A stretch of DNA of 64,000 bases from Sphaerodactylus townsendi. Its lineage: Eukaryota. The notes under the pieces are model-generated. The model was not told the origin of the DNA. It saw nothing but the letters and a program-made list of their open reading frames with translations, and searched no databases. The translations under genes and the position numbers were made by a program. Below are positions 60,605 to 64,000 of this stretch, one piece after another; within the stretch, counting starts at the first letter, position 1, and every line of letters begins with the position of its first letter. The stretch spans positions 8,060,001-8,124,000 of the forward strand of contig NC_059438.1 of assembly GCF_021028975.2 (NCBI RefSeq). The letters are read 5' to 3'.

Positions 60605-61585
60605 TGAGGAAATTGAAATTGTTCAAGACTTTCTGTTCCTTCTGTCCACCAAAAAGAAAACAGCAACCAAGAAACCAGAAGGTTATTGGGGCTGGGAAGA
60701 GCAGCCATGAAGGAGCTAGAAAAGATTCTTAAGTATCAGGATGGATCACTGGCAACCAAGAACAAGTTAATTCATGCAGTACTATCTGCTATTATTATGT
60801 GTGGGTGAGAAAGTTGGTCAATAAAAAATAAATTAAAAAATCTCTTCGTAATAATAACAATTTGGACTCTTATACAAAAGTATGGGATCCAGTGATACAG
60901 TACCTGTATAAATCTGATCCTATTAATAAGAAGATATTAATAACAACATGATAATTGTATGTAATGTACGAATATTGTTATGCTATTTCTCTTTTCTCTT
61001 CTAATCTGCAGTCTTAATAATTAACATGCTTTCTTTTTTCTGTTGTGGATAAAGAATCACACCTGCTCTGTCTAAAATTGCATAACTAGAAACACTTATA
61101 ACAAAGGAGAACTTTCTTTTATTACTGTTTCACTTTATATAATACCAAACTATATGGTTTTTGTACTTTTTTTAAACCTTTCAATAAAGATAATAATACA
61201 AAAGGTGGCAGGAAGAAAGTAAAATCCTTTGAAATGTGGTGCTGGAAGATAATTTTCCAGATACTGTAGACTACCCAAAAGACAAAGCAGTAGGTTTTAG
61301 ATCAAAACTCTGAACTGTCCCTAGAAGCTCCAACGTCTGAGCTATCATACATTGGTCACATTTTGAGAAGACAAGAGTCACTGGAAAAGACAATAACGCT
61401 AGGAAAAGTTGAAGACAGCAGGAAAAGAGGAAGACCTGACATGAGAAGAGTTGACCTTATAAAGGAAGCCACGGCCCTTAGTTTGCAAAACATGAGTAAG
61501 TCTGTTAATGATAATGATGTTTTGGAGGACGGTGATTCATAGGGTCACCATGAGTTGTAAGAGACTTAACCACACTTCACATACA
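60605..61585 (+). mobile_element. RTE-BovB-like LINE 3' fragment interrupted by an insertion at about 60830-61198
   Basis: GLGRAAMKELEKILK...SLATKNKLIHAV before the insert; RKKVKSFEMWCW, and YIGHILRRQESLEKTITLGKVEDSRKRGRP after it. Confidence 0.85.
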
Positions 61586-61647
61586 CAGAGAGAGAGAGAG
61601 AGAGAGAAACAGAGACAGAGACAGAGACGACGACGACGACGACGATG
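61585..61647. repeat. (GA)n/(GAGACA)n/(GAC)n microsatellite
   Basis: Directly visible, between the RTE tail and a SINE tail. Confidence 0.9.
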
Positions 61648-61925
61648 AGGAGTTTGGATTTATATCCCCCCTTTCCTGCAGGAGACTCAATGGGGCTTAC
61701 AATCTCCTTGCCCTTCCCCCCTCACAACAAACACCCTGTGAGGTAGGTGGGGCTGAGAGAGCTCCGAGAAGCTGTGACTAGCCCAAGGTCACCCAGTTGG
61801 CGTGTGTGGGAGTGTACAGGCTAATCTGAATTCCCCAGATAAGCCTCCACAGCTCAGGCGGCAGAGCTGGGAATCAAACCGGGTTGCTCCAGATTATATA
61901 CACGAGCTCTTAACCTCCTACGCCA
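61648..61925 (-). mobile_element. Squam3-like SINE
   Basis: Reverse complement of the plus-strand copies. Confidence 0.85.
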
Positions 61926-64000
61926 ACAGGGGGCAACATCTACTCTTCTTAGCCAGGCGGGAAACAATAGATGTTTCTGTTGTCTGTGATACATCATTTT
62001 GCAATTAAGAAATACTGTAAGTTTCCCCTCCCCCAACTGCAGACAAGGTTCTTTTGACAGTGCATCAACTGTATGCCAAGGTATCCATGCCAAGGAATCG
62101 AGGGATGTGATGAGATGACGTGATGTGGGTATGTGGCAAGGACTGTACAAGCCAGACTCAGCTCTAGTTTCATACATTTCCCAGGGATTTCCAGGATGAA
62201 GTCTTTTGTTTAGAGATACTGAGGAAAGGAAATACTTGGCATAAACAGACTCCTCCCTCCCCCCCAACATAATTGCTGCTTTTACTTTGCAAAAGGCCAC
62301 ACGATTTCAGAGCTGGCTGGTGGACAATAGGAAGTCATACACTCTGCTTTTCCTGAAATAAAGATAACATTGCCCTTAAAGTTTAGTTTAGTTCAGTTTT
62401 GTTAGCTAAACATTCGTACTTCAAAACCACTAAAAACAGGAGAATGCGGTGAAATTTAAAAGCTAGCAACACTACTGACCCCCCTCCCCTCCACCCAAGG
62501 GAAGATCTTTATGGATTTGTTTCTGGCCAAAGAGATCTTGGAACTCGAGCCCACTTTGAAGTTTTGCTCTCTAACCTTCTTATCCTAGAGATAGGAAGAA
62601 TATTTGTGTTTACCATGAGACCTCTGCAACCCTGTCTTCCTCCTCCTGCCAGACCAAGATGAATATCCTTTTAATATTTCCGACTGCTTGAAACTTAAAA
62701 AAACAAACACTGGGCTTATTTTGGAGACAGATTCTAGCTGGGACCAGAGGGAAAAGTACATTTTCTGATCCTACTGAAAATGACACAAATAAACAGGAAT
62801 GTTCAATAAGCAAAAATAAAAAATAGTACACATGGATCGATCGAGCCCCAGGCTGAGCAAGGGCACAAAGAGAAGGTGAGATCATGCAATCATCTTACCC
62901 AAAATGCAATATTTATTCTAGTGATGTGGGTTGCTAGGATAGGCTAGTAAAACTCCAAGTTCCAGAATCTGAAAGTTCACCATCACTTTCATTCTCAGAG
63001 CTGGGCCATCTCTCACTGTTCCTGATCACAAGGACAACTTGGTTGGAATCCTTCCGTTAATCCTTCATGACTTGTGTTCATCCAAAGAGTCTCCTGCAGG
63101 AGAGAAAGGGGGGATATAAATCCAAACTCTTCTTCTTTTTCTTCTTGGAAACAACAAGCCTTTGGCAGCAGCAGCAGCAGCAGCAGGAAGAGTTGTATGG
63201 AGGGGAGAGGAGGGGAGGGAGGGGGAGAGAAAATCTGCTCTAGGATGGTCCACTTCTTTAACAGGCTGTGGTCTAGGGAATTGCTTTGTCTCTTTCATTT
63301 TTTTGGGGGGGGGAGGAATTACTTTTGGAATAGTAATAGCGACATAAATTCAGCTTAAAGGACTAAGCCCACAGTCTTGTCTGCTGGGTGTAATCTGATC
63401 TGTGCCTTTGAGAATCATTTGTTGAGCAGAGCTAAGAGAACCATGCCTGGAGAGCTCTCTGCAGAAAAACTCCAGAGAAAGGAGGGAGTGCCTCCTCACA
63501 TATAAACAGAGAAATGTGAGGAGAGCCCACTGCAAGCCCACTGTGCAGAGAAGAGTCCTGAGGTAAGCATTCCATGCATAATAGGCCTGCATTACATCTG
63601 CACTCACCTGATTTTGTAACTCCCATAATTTTAAAATTAAAGTGCTTCTAACTCTATTTTAAATATTGTTTCTAAAAAAAACCCCATTGTGAGTCTATAA
63701 GACTTGAGGCACAGTCACCAGTGCCTAGTAAGGCCTTCTTCCCACTCCCTTGGGTAAAACCTCTCCCTGCATTACGCAACCTTTGTCATTTTTCTCTTCA
63801 GGAACCTTTCCCTTTTAAGGAGACAATATGTTCCTCCTGACAAGATGCTTCATGTTTGTGGTGATCTGAATGCTGGGGTAAAACCTGGCCTGTGTGTTGC
63901 CAAGAAACGGTAGATCTCTATGCGCTGCTTACAGACAGGTTTTTCTGGTTCTGGTTTGTGTGTGACGACATGATGCCAGGAGTGTTGGCAATCTTTGAAC

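Noticed and set aside
62000-64000. Search for chemokine (CCL22/CX3CL1/CCL17) exons expected beyond PLLP by synteny
   Set aside because: No signal-peptide or CC/CX3C exon was recognisable within the window.

Overview
Vertebrate genomic DNA, most likely a squamate reptile and probably a gecko, judged from the SINE, Penelope, CR1 and hAT repertoire. The window holds the conserved amniote block RSPRY1 (+, 14 coding exons, 575 aa), ARL2BP (+, 6 coding exons, 162 aa), PLLP/plasmolipin (-, 4 coding exons, 180 aa) and tRNA-Leu(CAG) (-). I reconstructed all 24 coding exons by hand; every intron is GT-AG and in phase. Most short ORFs in the supplied track are spurious. Introns and intergenic DNA are dense with TEs: Squam3-like, Sauria-like and 5S-derived SINEs; CR1, RTE-BovB and other LINE fragments; hAT and Harbinger-like MITEs with TSDs; and fold-back Penelope remnants. 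Notable observations: (1) the RSPRY1 start exon has two uORFs that both terminate on a weak first AUG, followed by a strong-context AUG that starts an MGNSCVC acylation-like motif; (2) Penelope remnants carry minimal hammerhead-ribozyme cores; (3) there are several near-perfect long intronic palindromes (102, 54, 28 and 20 bp arms); (4) the ARL2BP promoter has four CCAAT boxes plus an RFX X-box; (5) a possible in-frame alternative acceptor lies before the last ARL2BP exon; (6) SPIN-like and OC1-like MITEs belong to horizontally transferred families. Two assembly gaps (59063-59237, 59271-59398) sit in a poly-C region. Family names are recognised from memory, not from database searches.
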